Of a stretch of DNA of 64,000 nucleotides, positions 21,762-35,689 are shown in pieces (position 1 is the first letter of the stretch; each line of letters opens with the position of its first letter). The position numbers were made by a program, and so were the translations under genes. Below the pieces are notes generated by a model that was not told where the DNA came from, did no database searches, and saw nothing but the letters and a program-made list of their open reading frames with translations. Source of the DNA: Mesotaenium endlicherianum (Eukaryota); the NCBI GenBank assembly GCA_009602735.1, contig WELA01001870.1, positions 48,202 through 112,201 on the forward strand. Direction: 5' to 3'.

Positions 21762-23980
21762 TATGTGCCTGCTGCCTTGCACAACGCTACGGCCTCTAAA
21801 GGTTAAGCAAGCAGCACAGAATATCAATCAAACTTATGTAGACTCCTATTCAGTAGACACTGCGAATAAAGATGGAGCAAGAAGGGAAAAGAGGGATGCA
21901 CTCGAGGCCTGCAACTATAAATGTGTACTTTCTATTTCCTTGCTAACTTCCTCTTCCTTCTAAGAGCTAGTTAGAATGCCAGGCCGGATCATCCTCGTAC
22001 ACGCTACATCACAATTCTGCTCGTTGCTCGACTTTCAAGCAATTTCAAGGCATGCAATAGTGCAGGAGATATGACGTCAATGTAGCAGCAGTAGGAACAA
22101 GCAGGCTTGCGCTGGCCTCTCCAGCTTCCGAGTTCCTTCTCCGGACTCTCTTCGACGTTCTGTGAGACCGGAGTCTGGTACTCCACTCGCATGCATGGGG
22201 TGCGTTCCTCGACGCCCGTCATGTCGCGTCACGGACTCATGGCCATGGTCGCGGCTGCAGGCAGGAGCAGCTGTAACAAGAATTCGTAGGCCACCCTGGC
22301 AAATCCTGCCCCTAAAAGTAAACACGGTCTCGATACCCTGTACCCCATGCTGTACCCTGTTGTTACTCGGTCCGCGAATACCGCTTTCTCTGGCTCTCAC
22401 ATATCGATCAAGGTCAAGATCCGATTCAAGACAAACTCCTCCCGACTGCTCCCACCCCCTCCTAGGCACTCCAAGGTGAGCTTAATGCCCTCCTACCAAC
22501 AGCCAGCCATGGCTGCCAATTTGCTCGAGCACGTGTTCAATTTTCTCGCGTCGCCACACACAGAAAGCCTCTCTTGCACTTTATTTTGAGGTTTTCTGTA
22601 GGCCCTAACGAGGCCAGGGTGAGGCAAAGCCTCGTCTTGGTGTAGTTTATGCAAATGATCCAAAAAGACCCAATGCGCACCTCCGTTGTAAGACAGTGCC
22701 TCAATAAACTAACCACTCAATTTCAACACCATTGTACCGAAGAGAGGCCCTATTTTTCTCAACCAATTTGAGGGGCGCTTTAGTACAACCTAAAATTAGA
22801 GCATATATTTTAGATACTGAACATTATGGTTCTACACATGACTCACACTTGAAACTTTAATGACCAGCCCATGCCCCAACAATAGCTGTCACACTATGAC
22901 TCTCGTATGCCAACAATGATTCTTTAGGCCAACAAACATATTGTATCTTAGAGCATGCCACATGCTTTAGATGAGAATAAGATTGATCAACTGCACTTGG
23001 GAGAAGTATCAAAATCGAAAGACAGATCTTGAACATCGGTTTACATCACATCTAACTACCGAGGAGAACAGAGATACCTCAAGGCTCAACAATATTTGAC
23101 TTACTATTTACAAATTGACACAGCATAGTCCAAGGCCGGAATGGACTCAAGTGCTGCTCGTATCGGAAGTGTCAATAGTTTGCCTAACTAGAGCAATTTG
23201 ATATTCGACTTTCTAAAGAAAGAACGGTTGTAAATTTGCAACATCCTTGGAGTGCCTAGTATTGATCATTGACAAGAGTTGCGACATGCACTTAAATCAG
23301 TATCATCTCTTTGTCGTATACAATCCATTACCCGAAAGGCCCGACCCAAAACGATATCTCAAATCCATATGTTCTTTTTTGAAGCTAGCCAAGTTTGTTG
23401 TGCCTCCTTTTGACACAACAGGGTTTGTTATCTCAAAAGTAATTAATGCAGGGACTTCTTTAACTTTGCAGTCTTGCATATGTGAACATAATCAATAATT
23501 GAGATATTACTTGTCATAGCATGACATGACTTGCACGACAATCATATGTAACATCTTCGAAGTCAAGGTACCCTATATGCTCCTGACTATCATTGGTACA
23601 TGGCTCAAAAAGGATCCCCCATAAGTAACGGGCTATGCACAATATCTAATTGCTTTAAGCGACTAGCTTAACAATCCTACAAGTAGGTTTTAAGAATCTT
23701 AATGTCATACTCAACGGTTTGAAGGTGCAAGCACAACACTCTAGGTTATGACATTCTGGTCTACACATAAGTAGGTGCCATTCATGCATCTACTTATGAG
23801 GTGAATGACGAAGGCGAATCTCATTTAGATGCAGCCTAAAACCAGGCTTGAAATTGTTCAATCCAAAATATGTATTTGTTGGAGTGTATTAAGTACACAT
23901 TATTTGGCCATGTGTCAAATACCAAAATGTTTGGAACTACTCTTGGAATAATAATAATGCCACCACCAATGGACCACCCT

Positions 23981-26900
23981 CTACAAATACTTGTCAATGT
24001 CATATCCCTCCATCTGCAAGAAAAAAATCGGCTTACGTATTGAATAACATGAAGACAGTAAATGATTCGACATCTCACAAGCGGGCAAAGCAATGAAGAA
24101 GTATTTTGAAAGAACTACAGTAACACAATCATGCGACTGAGAAGATGCTTGAGAGCTGGGTGCACTTGCCAAGTGAAAATAAGATACAAAAAACATACCC
24201 TCAAGATGGTCAAGAAGATGATGATCCCAGAATTCCAGAGGGCGTGCATAAAGATGGGCGTCATGAGGTTGCGCGTCTTGGCATACGACAAGCCTAGCAC
24301 GAACCCTGCATGGAAAAGAGCAGGGGTCTGGGTCAGGTGACGGACAATGATGGCACAGGGCCACACAGGCGGAAGTCAGCAAAGGCGGCCAGAGTGAGGA
24401 CGTACAGCAATGGCCACGTGGCACCACATTGGACTCTCTGGCATTGACAGTCTGGCAGTGATTGCGAATGCATCACTTGGGGGTATGTGGAGAGCTTGTA
24501 GCAGGATTGAATTGGGCCAGCAGAAAATGCAACAGGGTCTGAAGGCCCGGGCAGGCCCCTTCCTGCAACTTGAGCACAATTTGCCAGCAAAGAGGTGTTC
24601 ACTCTCAGCCAACAACTGCCGGTGCAAGGGGTCGAGCAAGCAGGCTTCGGGTGCAGGCAGCAAGATGCAGAAGCTTGTTCTATTAAAATAGGAAAGAGAC
24701 GTGTTATTGTGTGGGAAAACCGGGGCTAGCGGTGCCTACCCAAGGACGCCAGCTTCGGGAAGTCGCCAGGTGTCAGGTGTGCAGCAGCGAATCCAGCCGC
24801 ACTAATCAGAGCCGCCACTGGCACAGGCATCCTGCAACCCCCCAGCCCACGACGACCGCAAATCCTAGACCGTCAAACCCATAGACTAGTATGTCAATTG
24901 ACCATAGGAGACAAAGTCCAGGTAGGCAGGAAGGCAGAAAGGCTAATTCTGTTTTTGCCTTGCTTGAAAAACAGACGCATTGCTGCTCTTATCAATGCAT
25001 TGCCGGCTGACTTTGAGCCCTCCATTGCTCGCTCCAAACTCAACGACACTATTTCTCTGCTCCTTCCTTCTTTCTCTCCGGAACAGGCTGCAAGCTTGCT
25101 TCCGGGAATAAGGGGGCTTAGCAAGACCCTCCTCTGAGGAGGTAGCTGTAGGCAGCTACACATCACTTTTGCAGTGGCATAGGTTTTTATCTTCTATTCA
25201 TACAACCCCCCAAACCTTTCCACATTCTTTGCCAACTCCATGCTTACCCCACCTGGCCACTTAATTTCTGATTCCTTCCCTCTGAGCGAGCACATTCAGA
25301 CATACCACAACGAGAGTACGACGTCACACAGTCCCCAGTTGATTGCCGAGTCAATTCATTCTTCCTTCTCCCACTTCTACATCAAAGAAAGTGGCCTTTC
25401 GGCAAACTCCCAACCCCATCGTAGAAGCACTATTTTATGTTCTGCACCATCCTGCATGCTGGACGAGAAGACAAATTGCTTCGTCGTTTACAATGGAACG
25501 GAGGTGTAAAACCTCAGCAGCAGGATGTGAGTGGAGTTGGTGCTTCAAGACAGGGTCTAGAGCTGGAGAAACACGGCGCATTGGCCGATGATTGAGCTCA
25601 TGTGAACGCATGGATGCTTACCATTTCGTGAGGGATGTCATGAAGAAGCCCCTGAAGATGGTTTCCTCCAGAATGGGAGCACACACGCCAGCCACCACAA
25701 GGAGGGAGGCGGTGGACAGGGGCGAGGCTCCAATGATGGGCAGCAGCTGCACCAGCGCATCTGCTTCCTGGAGGGCCAGCAGGGAAACCGCAAGCAGCAG
25801 GCCAGCGTGAACGCAATTTCAGTGGCAGTTTTTTCCGAGGGCTGGTCAGCAGCAAGCTCACACATGCAGCTAGCAGCCCTCGATTCTTGTAGGAGACGCT
25901 AGCAACCCTGACTTTTGCACACAAAAATTGAACACTACAGAAGGTTCCAGCCCACCGAGGATCCAACTCGGTTGCGGGCCATCATCTGCTTCTGATCTGG
26001 CGAGCAGGCATGCTACTTCCAGTTGGCCCCCCACAGCGCTGCAAAGTAGTTCGTCAAACACCTTCTATAAGATTTATCAGAATATTTAGTACATCAGGCC
26101 ACTGCTACATTCTCATTTCCATACTTGAGATGGCCTCTCCGCTGACAGGGGCTGTCAGGCTGAGATAAGAACACTCCCCAACGACAAGCTTGTCAGCTTC
26201 ACAGTCGTGAGAAAGGCAACACAGAAAGACGGAGGCGAGTCTAACCTCTCTTGGGAGCTCATGCCCCTCCAGGAAAGTCTGAGTCAAGGCAGAGATCTCA
26301 ACAGCACCCAAAGCACCAACAAAGCCAACAATGCCCCACAGCAGCCAGCCGCTGTTGAGCTTGAAGGGCTGCCCCAGGTCTGCCCATTAACAGGAAAAGA
26401 TGGCTTGGATGAAAGTGCCACTCCAACAACGTGTTTCACACTTCTTTCCCGGCCTTTGTACCGGCGTTGAAAGCTGCAGGGGCCTTGGGCTAAGACACAT
26501 CCGTCACACTGATTCATGAGGAACATACCCAAAGCATGTTGGAACAAAATACCGTGGCAAAAAAGGGACGTCACACTCAACGTTGATGCATATTATATGT
26601 CCATTCAATGTTTTCGTTGGGCCACAACCTTAGCAACAGTCGATAAAATATATGAAGTGCTGCATATTGACCAGCTACATGAATTTCTTTCACCGCTTCT
26701 TTGCAGACTTAATCATTAAGCAGCTAAGGCAGCAACCTTCATAACAGAGAAACCCCACGGCTATGAGAAGAGCAGAGAAAGGTGGGCATACCATACTTGA
26801 AGAAGTTCGGTGGAAGAGGTTGGTATGGTTTCACAATGGCATAGACTATCCATAGGCCCATGACTGTTCTCAGGAGTTGATTGAACAGAATGAACAAGGC

Positions 26901-28055
26901 CTGGTGGTCCAAGTCCTCCTTCCAAGGGTACCAGCCCAGCTTGACACATGTGACCTGTACTAATACACTCGATAATATGAAGCTGCCAATCAGATACCCT
27001 CCCACAGCTTAGCTTGTTTGATCATTTCCAAGTTCTTTACTGCAGACAAACTTCAAACTTAATCTCTCATGTCCTTACATTAACGTGATTTGCCAGGTCA
27101 CATGCAGCACCAACGGGTACTCGAGGAAATTAATGTGCTTCATTTGCAAGGAGTGTTACTTATCCTCGTTACTCGCTGCTAAGGTCTTAGACGAGACTGC
27201 TACAACTAAGCAGTATCATGTAGAAAAAAGCCCACACTTAAGCCTTGTACTCAAATGCTATGCCGGGAGGTCATCTCCTCACTGTAAACTTCTTTGCAAC
27301 TCCTGGTCTGCCACGTATGGATTCCTCTCCTTCTCCCTCTTTCTCTCCATCGATCCTATATCGCGTTGCTTTGACTTTCGGAAAGAAAACTTTGTCCCAT
27401 TAAATTCACAAGAGTGGAGTTCTTGAATATACCTCAGAAACCACGCAGTCATGCCAAGTGTAGTTTTTTTCGCATTCCAAGGCACCTCCCAGCTCCTCAG
27501 CCACTCTGGGCCAGAAGGCTCCAAAGAAGATGCTGATGTGCTTGCCACCTCTGACTTTGTAGGGGCCCCCAATTTTTCAGAATCATCTTGCTTTTGTGAG
27601 CTCTGTGGTTTACTCGAACTGGGCTCATTCCCACTACTCTTTCTACGGTCCTCATCTACTGCATTTACAGGTTTCCACTGCGTGGGTCTATATTGTTGTC
27701 CAAGGTTTCTTCTCCCTGTACTTCGGCCAAAATCGCACCCTTGTGAACGAGCTCTTTTGCGAAAAAAGAGACGAGAGTCAGCAAAGAGAGAACTCGAAAG
27801 AGAAACGATTGTTCCGGAAACAGGGCCAGGAGGCTGAGGAGACAGAATGGGACGAACGCCTAGAGCTGGTGTCCAGTCATAATTCTTATGATTGCTGCAA
27901 AAATGAGACTTCAGTGTGGAGAAAGAAACTGCACTGTGACCGAACCTTGGGCCTCCATTGGCCACTTCATCGATAAGGCCACCAGCACGGGCATCTCCAC
28001 ACCATAGTCTACTTTGAGTCGCGAGCATTCCTTGTGATAGATACAAACTGGCCAT
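23981..28055 (-). CDS. SCO4: CPBP/Abi (CAAX type II) intramembrane glutamic protease, SCO4-like, long N-terminal extension (probable plastid transit peptide), 7 exons
   Basis: Exons (minus) 28055-27433, 26982-26792, 26379-26246, 25767-25622, 24831-24740, 24305-24199, 24013-23981. Motifs: WEVPW, GWLLWG, DALVQLLP, APILEETIFRG (EExxxR), FAAAHLTPG (FxxxH), TRNLMTPIFMHALWNSG (HxxxN), GYDI. Confidence 0.88.
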
Positions 28056-28806
28056 GTCAATAGCCTTTTCGAAAAGCAGGGCATTCCCCGCTTCCTACAC
28101 ACCCCTCTATACCAGATATGATCCTACGTAAGACAGTCGACCTTCGGACCTTTGTTAGGCCCCGTGCACTTCTCACTTCAGATGAGGAAGTCCGAGAGCT
28201 AGCCTATCTGGAGTGACTTGGAGCGACTGGGAGGGGCTGACGAGGACAGACTAGGGAGCTTCAACTTTGCTGTTAGCAACAATGACGTGCCGTCGCCAGT
28301 CGGATCCGCGAATGCAGACGTCAACCTCACATCGGCGTTCCAAGCGTTTCAGCATTAAGCTTTTGCTTCTAGAGACTCATGTAAGCACCCGCAGACTTCA
28401 CATTTCGGATCCATGATAACTCGTCCGCTAGCCCGCGTAGGTGAATTTGCATTTGAATGTTTTGGTTCAAATTTCAAAATTGTCAAAAGTGTCATCACAC
28501 GTTTCGGCCGAGCTGGTGAGCTCGAGGCAGCTCGAGGGCCCTGAACTGGCCCTGAATCACCTTGAATAGCAGCTCTCTTAAGAAGCACCCCTGCATCCAG
28601 CTGGAGTCAAACACAGGTGTCTCTTTTGGCAAATCGATACCGCTTTAGGCTCCAGGCAAGGGGAGCTGGTGATAGCAGTAAGAAGTGCCCTTGCGCCATT
28701 CGTTGCTAGGAGCATACCACTCGAGTCCGCAGACGAATTACAGTATAAAGAGCACCTTCTTTTGAGCGTGTACAGGCGCTAAAGAGCCAGAGTTCTAAGT
28801 GGCTAT
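28056..28806. promoter_or_regulatory. Compact divergent intergenic region between SCO4-like and BRCA1 with clustered CHR-like hexamers
   Basis: The start codons are about 750 bp apart on opposite strands. TTTGAA occurs at 28452-28457 and TTCAAA at 28466-28471 and 28473-28478. Confidence 0.5.
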
Positions 28807-31800
28807 ATGGCATTGGATCCAGTTGCGAACCTGGGTGAGCTGGGGAGTCAGCTTACCTGTCCCATATGGTAAGTTCAAGTAGCAGGCATATGTTGTAACG
28901 ATATTTGAGAAGGGAAGGTTCGTTATGCTGATACACTTCTACTTCTGGGCTAAGGATGTGTTCTCCCTGTTGCAGCTTGGGTCTCATGAAGAAGGCTTCT
29001 AACCTAACGTGCAACCATAACTTCTGCAAGTAAGTATGATGTCTCCTGCAGCTCTCTAGCGGCAGCTACTTCGCCAAAGTTCGTCGACTGTCACTGAAGT
29101 GCTTGCCTGTTGCTTATTCCTCCATATCGGTGAATGACCTTAGTCGTTGAGCGCCTGATGCTCTATAACATTTATCTCTTGCTTGTACGTTTTAACAGGT
29201 CCTGTATTACAACCTCAATGAAGAGAGCTTCAGTTTGCCCAGTTTGCAAGGTACCCACCACCAAGAGGGGTAAGCACCCCACTGCAGGCCCCGGGAATTC
29301 CTGTCAGGGCTGCAGGCGTGAAAGTGATGAACACCTTCTAACATGTTCTGCCACCAAAGTGCCTTGCTAGCCCCATAGAAAAACTTTGCTGACAAGGTAT
29401 TGGGCATGTGATCCTTTTGGCCCATTTTACTTATAAGAGCACCCAATTCAGAAAAAGGCTGACTTGATTCGTTTGTCTGCAGAAGTGAGACCGGCCCCAA
29501 ACCTCGATAGTATGGTTCAGGTGTACCGGCGAATGGAAGTTGCCTCGGGTGTGCAGATTTTCTGCTCACAGCCTCCACAAGATGAACTTGGTAAGAACAC
29601 GTTTTCATGCTGCGCACTCAAACGATGGCCCAATTGTTGTGCTCGCAGTTTCACATATCTTTCACTTTTGTCGCAATTCTGGAACACCATGATATTACCC
29701 TCCGAAAGAGGAGTGTCCTGTTATCAATTTGACGTCTTCATTGCTGTGTCGGCTTGACAACTGGAACTCATGCATTTTTTTTTGGTAATGGTAAAAGCAG
29801 GGCCAGGAATGATGCACGACGAGCCACTACAACATGCTTCCCCTGCTCCTGCTGCCCCAAAGTCAAGCATGAAGCGTTCTGCAGTCGAGTCGGCCCAGAT
29901 TGAGCCTGCGACAAACGGCAAGAGGGGCAAAGGGAATGAAGACGGCATCAGAACTCCAGCTATACAGGACAGTAGGGGTACACCTGTTGCAAACGATGAG
30001 GGTGAGCTTGTACATGCGAAAGAACAATTGTTGGGGGAGGTGGAGAGGCCAAGCCAATGGTCGAAGCCCACTGATGTCAGCAGAAGAAGAGCAGCTTCCT
30101 TGTCACAGGGGACTCCTTCAAGCCAGGTACAGGCCTCCAATTCCAGATCAGAGAAGCGGCAAGAGGTGCTGGAGGAGTGGTCAGCCGGAAGCCTTTCTCC
30201 GGCCCCTCTTGGGGGCTCTATTGCGCCGAAGAAGCGCATCCAGCTCATGCCCCCTCCTGGCTTTGGGCCACCTTTACCCAAAGATGTGTATTCCCTTAAG
30301 TCCAGTCTTAGCCTTGATATTGGCAAGTTGTCACCACCAAGAGCATGTCATGTCTCTCCATCTAAGTCTATGTTGGAAGCTAGTGCTTGCAATAGGCTCT
30401 TTCAGAAACAGGCACCTGCCACTTTGGCTCCCAAGGAGGGCACTGACCTTCCACCTGTCCATGTCATGCAGGCTCTTGAGCCTAGTTCTGTGCAGAGCAA
30501 TCTCCCGCTCAAGGCAGGTACCTGGAGCTTGAAAGCATGCAAAGAATCTAGAGCCAAATTAGTTTCTTGTGCCAAAGTGTCGGCTTCCTCAGAAGCAGTG
30601 ACTGATGCAGCTTGTAGTGTCCCAGTTAGCTCTAGCATGAGAGCATCCACGCTGCCAATGCTGCAGAAGAAGTCGGGCCCTCTATCAGACAGGCAGAATG
30701 GGGTTCAAAAAGTCATACGATCTGTAATCCCAACTTTCTTCTGGCTGAGGGAAGCGGACAATGAAGAGAAGTCCACTCAGGTCCCACCTACTCAGGGAAC
30801 ACAGGTTGAGCCTACGCCTACTCCAGCATTCAGTGATCTCCAAGACTCAGCAGAGCCTCGCAGTGAGCAGGTCAGTGTAGTGCATTGTTGGTGATGTTGT
30901 TAGATCTCTTCATTTGGAATCAGGTTACTGATTTTTTTGCAACTAAAACTGAATTTTCTTTCTTGTATCACAGTGACTGAAAATTATAAGTGTAGTAGCC
31001 TACAATATATTCTGCTGATTGCATCTTTTGGATTCCCCTACTGGATACCTATTTTGAGGACAATGAAGCTGGACCCTGACACACAACCAATTTTGTTTGG
31101 CATTTGCAGATAGCACAAGTGCCTGTGGTAGCTGATTCGGAGCCAGAGGTGACTCCTGTTGCCGACGCAGAATGCAGCAAGGAGTCTACCTTCTGTTTGT
31201 CCTCGCCAGGGCTACCCAAATTGTCACCAGCGCCAAAGGTTTGTAACTTCTCCGTGGTTCTTGAAGTATCAATTGCAGCTTTCTGCTCCCTGATTGGGAC
31301 ACCTTGAGTCGTGCTGCTGGAAAATTCTGAAATATTTTGATGATATTGTCCACTTTATCTTTCACCGTGACTGAATTAGTTTTTAAAAGCTGTTGCCAAA
31401 TAAGGCAGTCCCTTGCCCATGTGTTGTCATAAAACCAGCTGAAGTATGTGACTAGGACCAAGAGAGTGTATTTACATCTTAGCTTGCACTCTTATGTCCA
31501 CTTCATTCATTTGTGTCCATCAATATTCTGATGTGCCTATGGATTTGCAGGCAGACAGCGATGATTCGCTTGATTCCCCCGTCTTCAGAGTCAAGAGACG
31601 GCCTCAAAAGGTTGCAGCACCTGCCCCTTCATTTCCTACACTTCGTGATGGATCTCTAGCAGTAGAGCTTTCTAAGAAAGACCTGAATGGCGAAATTGAA
31701 GGGCCAAAGTTGACCCAAAAAGACAAAATTATGCGCGGAGTACTGTCCCAGCTAGAGCTGCGTCAGCAGCACTTTGATCTGGACAAGGTATTGATTGGGG

Positions 31801-34800
31801 AACAAGAACAAGAAGTCTGCAAGTCTGAGAGTTACTCCCGCATAGCGAAAAGGCGCGATTCTCAAGCAGACATATCGTCTTATGAGCTAGCTAAGAAGTC
31901 CCGTGAGCTCTTTAAGGAGGCAAGGTCAGCACAGCCTGCAGAGCGAACAGTAGGCCGTGAGAGGGTTGGACCGGCAAAGCGACAAGAGAGTTCTCCTAAA
32001 CGCACTCTGAAGCCAGAAGATGCTGAAGTGCAACAGAAACTATCGGAGGCTGAAGAAGGTGGCAGGGGAGTCGGGCCTGCATGTTGCTTCTGCAGACAGA
32101 CTGGAAACTCCAAGGTACGGTATTGACCATCTGAGGAAACTGGTCGCAGCTCGTTCACGTCCTGTCTCCAAGCTTTCCATTCTTCATCTTTGCTTGCTAC
32201 AGTGGTTCTCAATGTAGCTACTTGATATGCTACTCTTACTGAGGGAGCCACGTCAGCGTTCTGCAAGAAGCCATCTCTTCCATTGATGAAATTATAGGCC
32301 CCATTCTCTGCTTGCAGGTGTGTGGGCCCATGTTGGAGATTAATTTGGCTAAAGGTCGAGTTTTCCGAGGAGACGAGCCAGCTGGACGCTCTCGTGTGAA
32401 TCACGTGCACACACACGAATTCTGCCTTGACTGGTATGCTTCTCTTAAACACAAGCTGGTTGCATGCTTGAGCTTCTCGTAAATTTGCCTTCATAGTTGA
32501 GGGTGCTCACATCATGGGGAGTTCTTCATCTGAGGGAGAAACTAAGCATAAAGATACCGAATTCTGTAGTGCACTTGCATGGTCACGCTTGTCATGATTA
32601 AACTCCTCAGTGAAGGCCCTCACACTTACTTCTTTGAAGACTTGCCTCCTTTGAGGAGGTAGTCAGTCTGAAGTTGCTGTCAAATCAGGCTACTTAATTT
32701 GCTGGTAGTGGAACTCGTGAAAATCCTTTGAAAGTCATTCCCTTTACCCACACCCATGCCCTCCCTCCCTTGGGTTGATTCTCAGGGTGCCAGAAGTGTA
32801 CTGGAAGGGAGAGAAGGTGTGCAACGTGAAGCAAGGGCTAGCAAGGTCGCATCGGCTGTCGTGCGCTTCGTGCGGTCTCAAAGGCGCGGCACTTGGTTGC
32901 TGGATCTCAAAGTGCAGGAAGAGCTTCCATTTCGCCTGTGCCAAGGCCTTGCCAACATGCCGGTGGAGCGAGGTAATCTTATCCATGCAAGTCTCCTGCT
33001 TGGACCTTGTCTGATTGGACCTTCTTCCCCTCCTTTGAGTTCGGAGGCCATTGGCAGCACTTGCACTGTCCAAGGTTTTTTCTTCCTTTCATGACAGCAG
33101 CCTAGACTATACACTACCCTTTCATTAATTTTCGCAGCTTGCTTGACTGATTGCTTGCTCTGTTCTACTTGTTTGAGTGACCTGTCTTCAATTGCGCTGC
33201 ATAAAATTTCCTTCATGTTGTTGGCTTGTATAAGAACTGAGCTTCCCAACAATGAACTTTTTATGTTCTTGTGCAGGAGAACTTTGTGATGCTGTGCCCA
33301 GAGCATGGACCCCATGGCTTTCCCGCGGAGATCCTTAATGAAGAAGAAGAGGAGGCAGAGGAGGCGGAAGAGGAGGAGGAGGAGCTGGTGGCACAGAATG
33401 ACTCTAGCGAGGATCAGATGACGAACGAGAGGTCAGCTGCCTGGCTCAGCATCAATCTCAGTCCCATGTCCTTGACAACTAAATGTCATTGAAACACGTG
33501 CGATGTATTTGGAAGATCATTTGACATCCTTCAATCTGCTTTGCCATGACGGAAACTGCCGCAGCAAATATCATGAAGCTCTGGCAGATGGCTAGTGCAG
33601 AACATTGATATATTTTTTTGGTCAGTTTCTCTCACATGCGGTTGGCTAGTCAATGCTCATCCTTTACTGGTCGATTGCTATCTATCGGCAGCAGCGAGAT
33701 CACCCCCGGCGATAGAAGGTGGCCCCCTGGGCCAGCCAGCAAGTGGGTCCTGTGCGCATCAGGGTTGAACCAGACCGGAAGGGTAAGCTCTCTGAGAGTT
33801 TGAATCATGTGCAAAGAGTACATCATCTAGTTTTTCTTTCTTTGAAGATGTTTTGTGTTCCTCTTGCCGCTGCAATGAACTTGACTAGCTTAAAGACCGG
33901 GTGAATTATCCTAGTGCTCCGCACCTGCGGGAGCAGAACCTGTCAGCTTCGGGTTGTAAGCACCTGAGCTTTCCTCGGACTCTTTGTAATTGGTACTCAC
34001 ACGCTTTTACATATGGTGCTACAAAAGCTCGTCTCAATGACTGCAGTCAATTCAGACTGTGTCCGACGTCTTACAATGGCATCGTTTAATTTGTCTGTCA
34101 AACTTGGGGTGTGCAGGAGCAACTCGCTGAGCTGGCGGCATTAGCGGGGGCCTGCGTAGTCAAAGACTGGAGCTCAGAGGTGACTCATCTTGTGACTGGG
34201 CTCGACCAACGAGGTCGCGCCAAGCGGACCCTGAAATTCCTCTCAGCGTTGCTTCAGGGCCAATGGGTCGTGACTCCTCAGTGTAAGCATCAAAGCTCCA
34301 ATGCACATGTGTGTCACCAGGGGACAACAGGTGGAAGCACACCAGTCCTCAAGCCTCATGCCTTCTCGAACCCGGTCGCTCAAGTCCACTGCTCTTGGAT
34401 TTGTAGAATGAAGACATTGCCTTGCTTTTCTACATGCAAAAATGTGTCTCTCCCTTTTCGAGTAAACACAGTGGCTCTTCTTTTGAAGTATACATGAAAA
34501 GGGTGAGTGTGGACCACCACTGTTCATCTCTTGGATGTGTGCAACCAAGAAAGCACAGGGCAGTGGCTGAAGGGCAAAAAGGCATGAGGAGGCTTGTGGT
34601 GGGGTAGCACGTTCGCTTCAGTGCATGCTGCTCTCACGTCCACGACTTGTTAAGTGACAGCTGGCTTGCCTTCTTGGAAGGAGACCACGCTCGTCGCTAT
34701 GTTCCCGCTAGCTATGATCAGGCTCTCTGGGAAGGTGACGGTACTGGCAGTGGAGAGGTGAGGTGAAGTAGTGGAGGTGACGTCGGGCTGGGCTTGCGCT

Positions 34801-35689
34801 TGTCTGGTGATCGTTTCTGCAGGGCTTGAAACTTGCATATCTTCGAGGGGGCCTGCTGGAGAGTTGCCCTACCTGGTGGAGCAGGACGTGCACAGTGTGA
34901 GAGGAGGGGCCAGGCGTTCTCGCCATGCTCTCGTTTCCAAGAAGGTATGGTCTCCTGGCAATGGACACTTTCGCAGAAGCGTGCCTGATTGTGTGCATCG
35001 TGTGTGCGCGTGTACATGCCTAGCCGTGTGTTCACAGACACAGCCAGACAAACTCGACACAAGCTTTTCCTTTCTTTCATGTCAGGTTGTCTGCACTTAT
35101 GTGGAGCAGAACGCTTCCAGCCTGTAGCCGAGCTCGTGCCAATCGTTGCATGGATGCATGAGCACTTGCAGAGCCTGCAGCTTAGTCTGTCTCTACGTAA
35201 TCAGAATCTTATTCACCGAGCTAAGCTTCAGCTCAGGAGGGCCAGACGGTTACTGTTGCCAATCCTGACCAGCCAGACTGTTCCCATTACCTCACCTAAG
35301 ACGTTCTCTACCTTCCCTTGAAACTGTTCTTCATGCAGGAGGCTCCTCTATTCGTGGGCATCCACGCCTACTTCCATGGCGAGTTCCAAGCGCCTTCGAA
35401 GCAGGACCTTGCGGCTGTGTTAATGGCTGGCGGAGGAGCAGTCCTGCAGAGGCGGCCCCTCCTCCCCACCCCACCTAGGGTGGATGCTTCCGGGCATCAG
35501 GCCCCTCCCAAGCGTATGATGGTATTCTATCAGCGGCCGTGCTCGGCGCAATCTGAACCCCAGTGCAAGGAGCTGGCAAGGGCCAGAGAGGATGAAGCCG
35601 AGAGCATCGCTCTGCCCTCTGGGGCAACAGCTTTGCCTCACACCTGGCTGCTTGACTCGGCTGCAGGCTACGCCTTGCTGCCCTTCTGA
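28807..35689 (+). CDS. BRCA1: Plant-type BRCA1 (RING - SQ/TQ linker - PHD - tandem BRCT), 14 exons
   Basis: Exons 28807-28868, 28976-29029, 29199-29269, 29483-29590, 29801-30870, 31110-31238, 31551-32114, 32318-32433, 32786-32972, 33277-33431, 33692-33782, 34117-34282, 34823-34944, 35339-35689. RING CPICL..LTCNHNFC..C..CPVCK, then REVRPAPNLDSMV and PTFFWLRE. Extended PHD CCFC..HEFCLDW..CASCGLKGAALGC..HFAC..LCPEH. BRCT motifs CASGL, VTHLV, RTLKF, and PLFVG..WLLDSAA. Confidence 0.9.

Noticed and set aside
22004..22480. GC-richer segment with 70-130 aa ORFs upstream of COMT-2
   Set aside because: No family motif in the frames examined and no supportable exon structure.
28807..35689. Alternative call as BARD1/ROW1
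   Set aside because: The long linker, the PxFFWLR motif and the REVRPAPxxDSxV segment fit plant BRCA1 better. A phylogeny would be needed for certainty.
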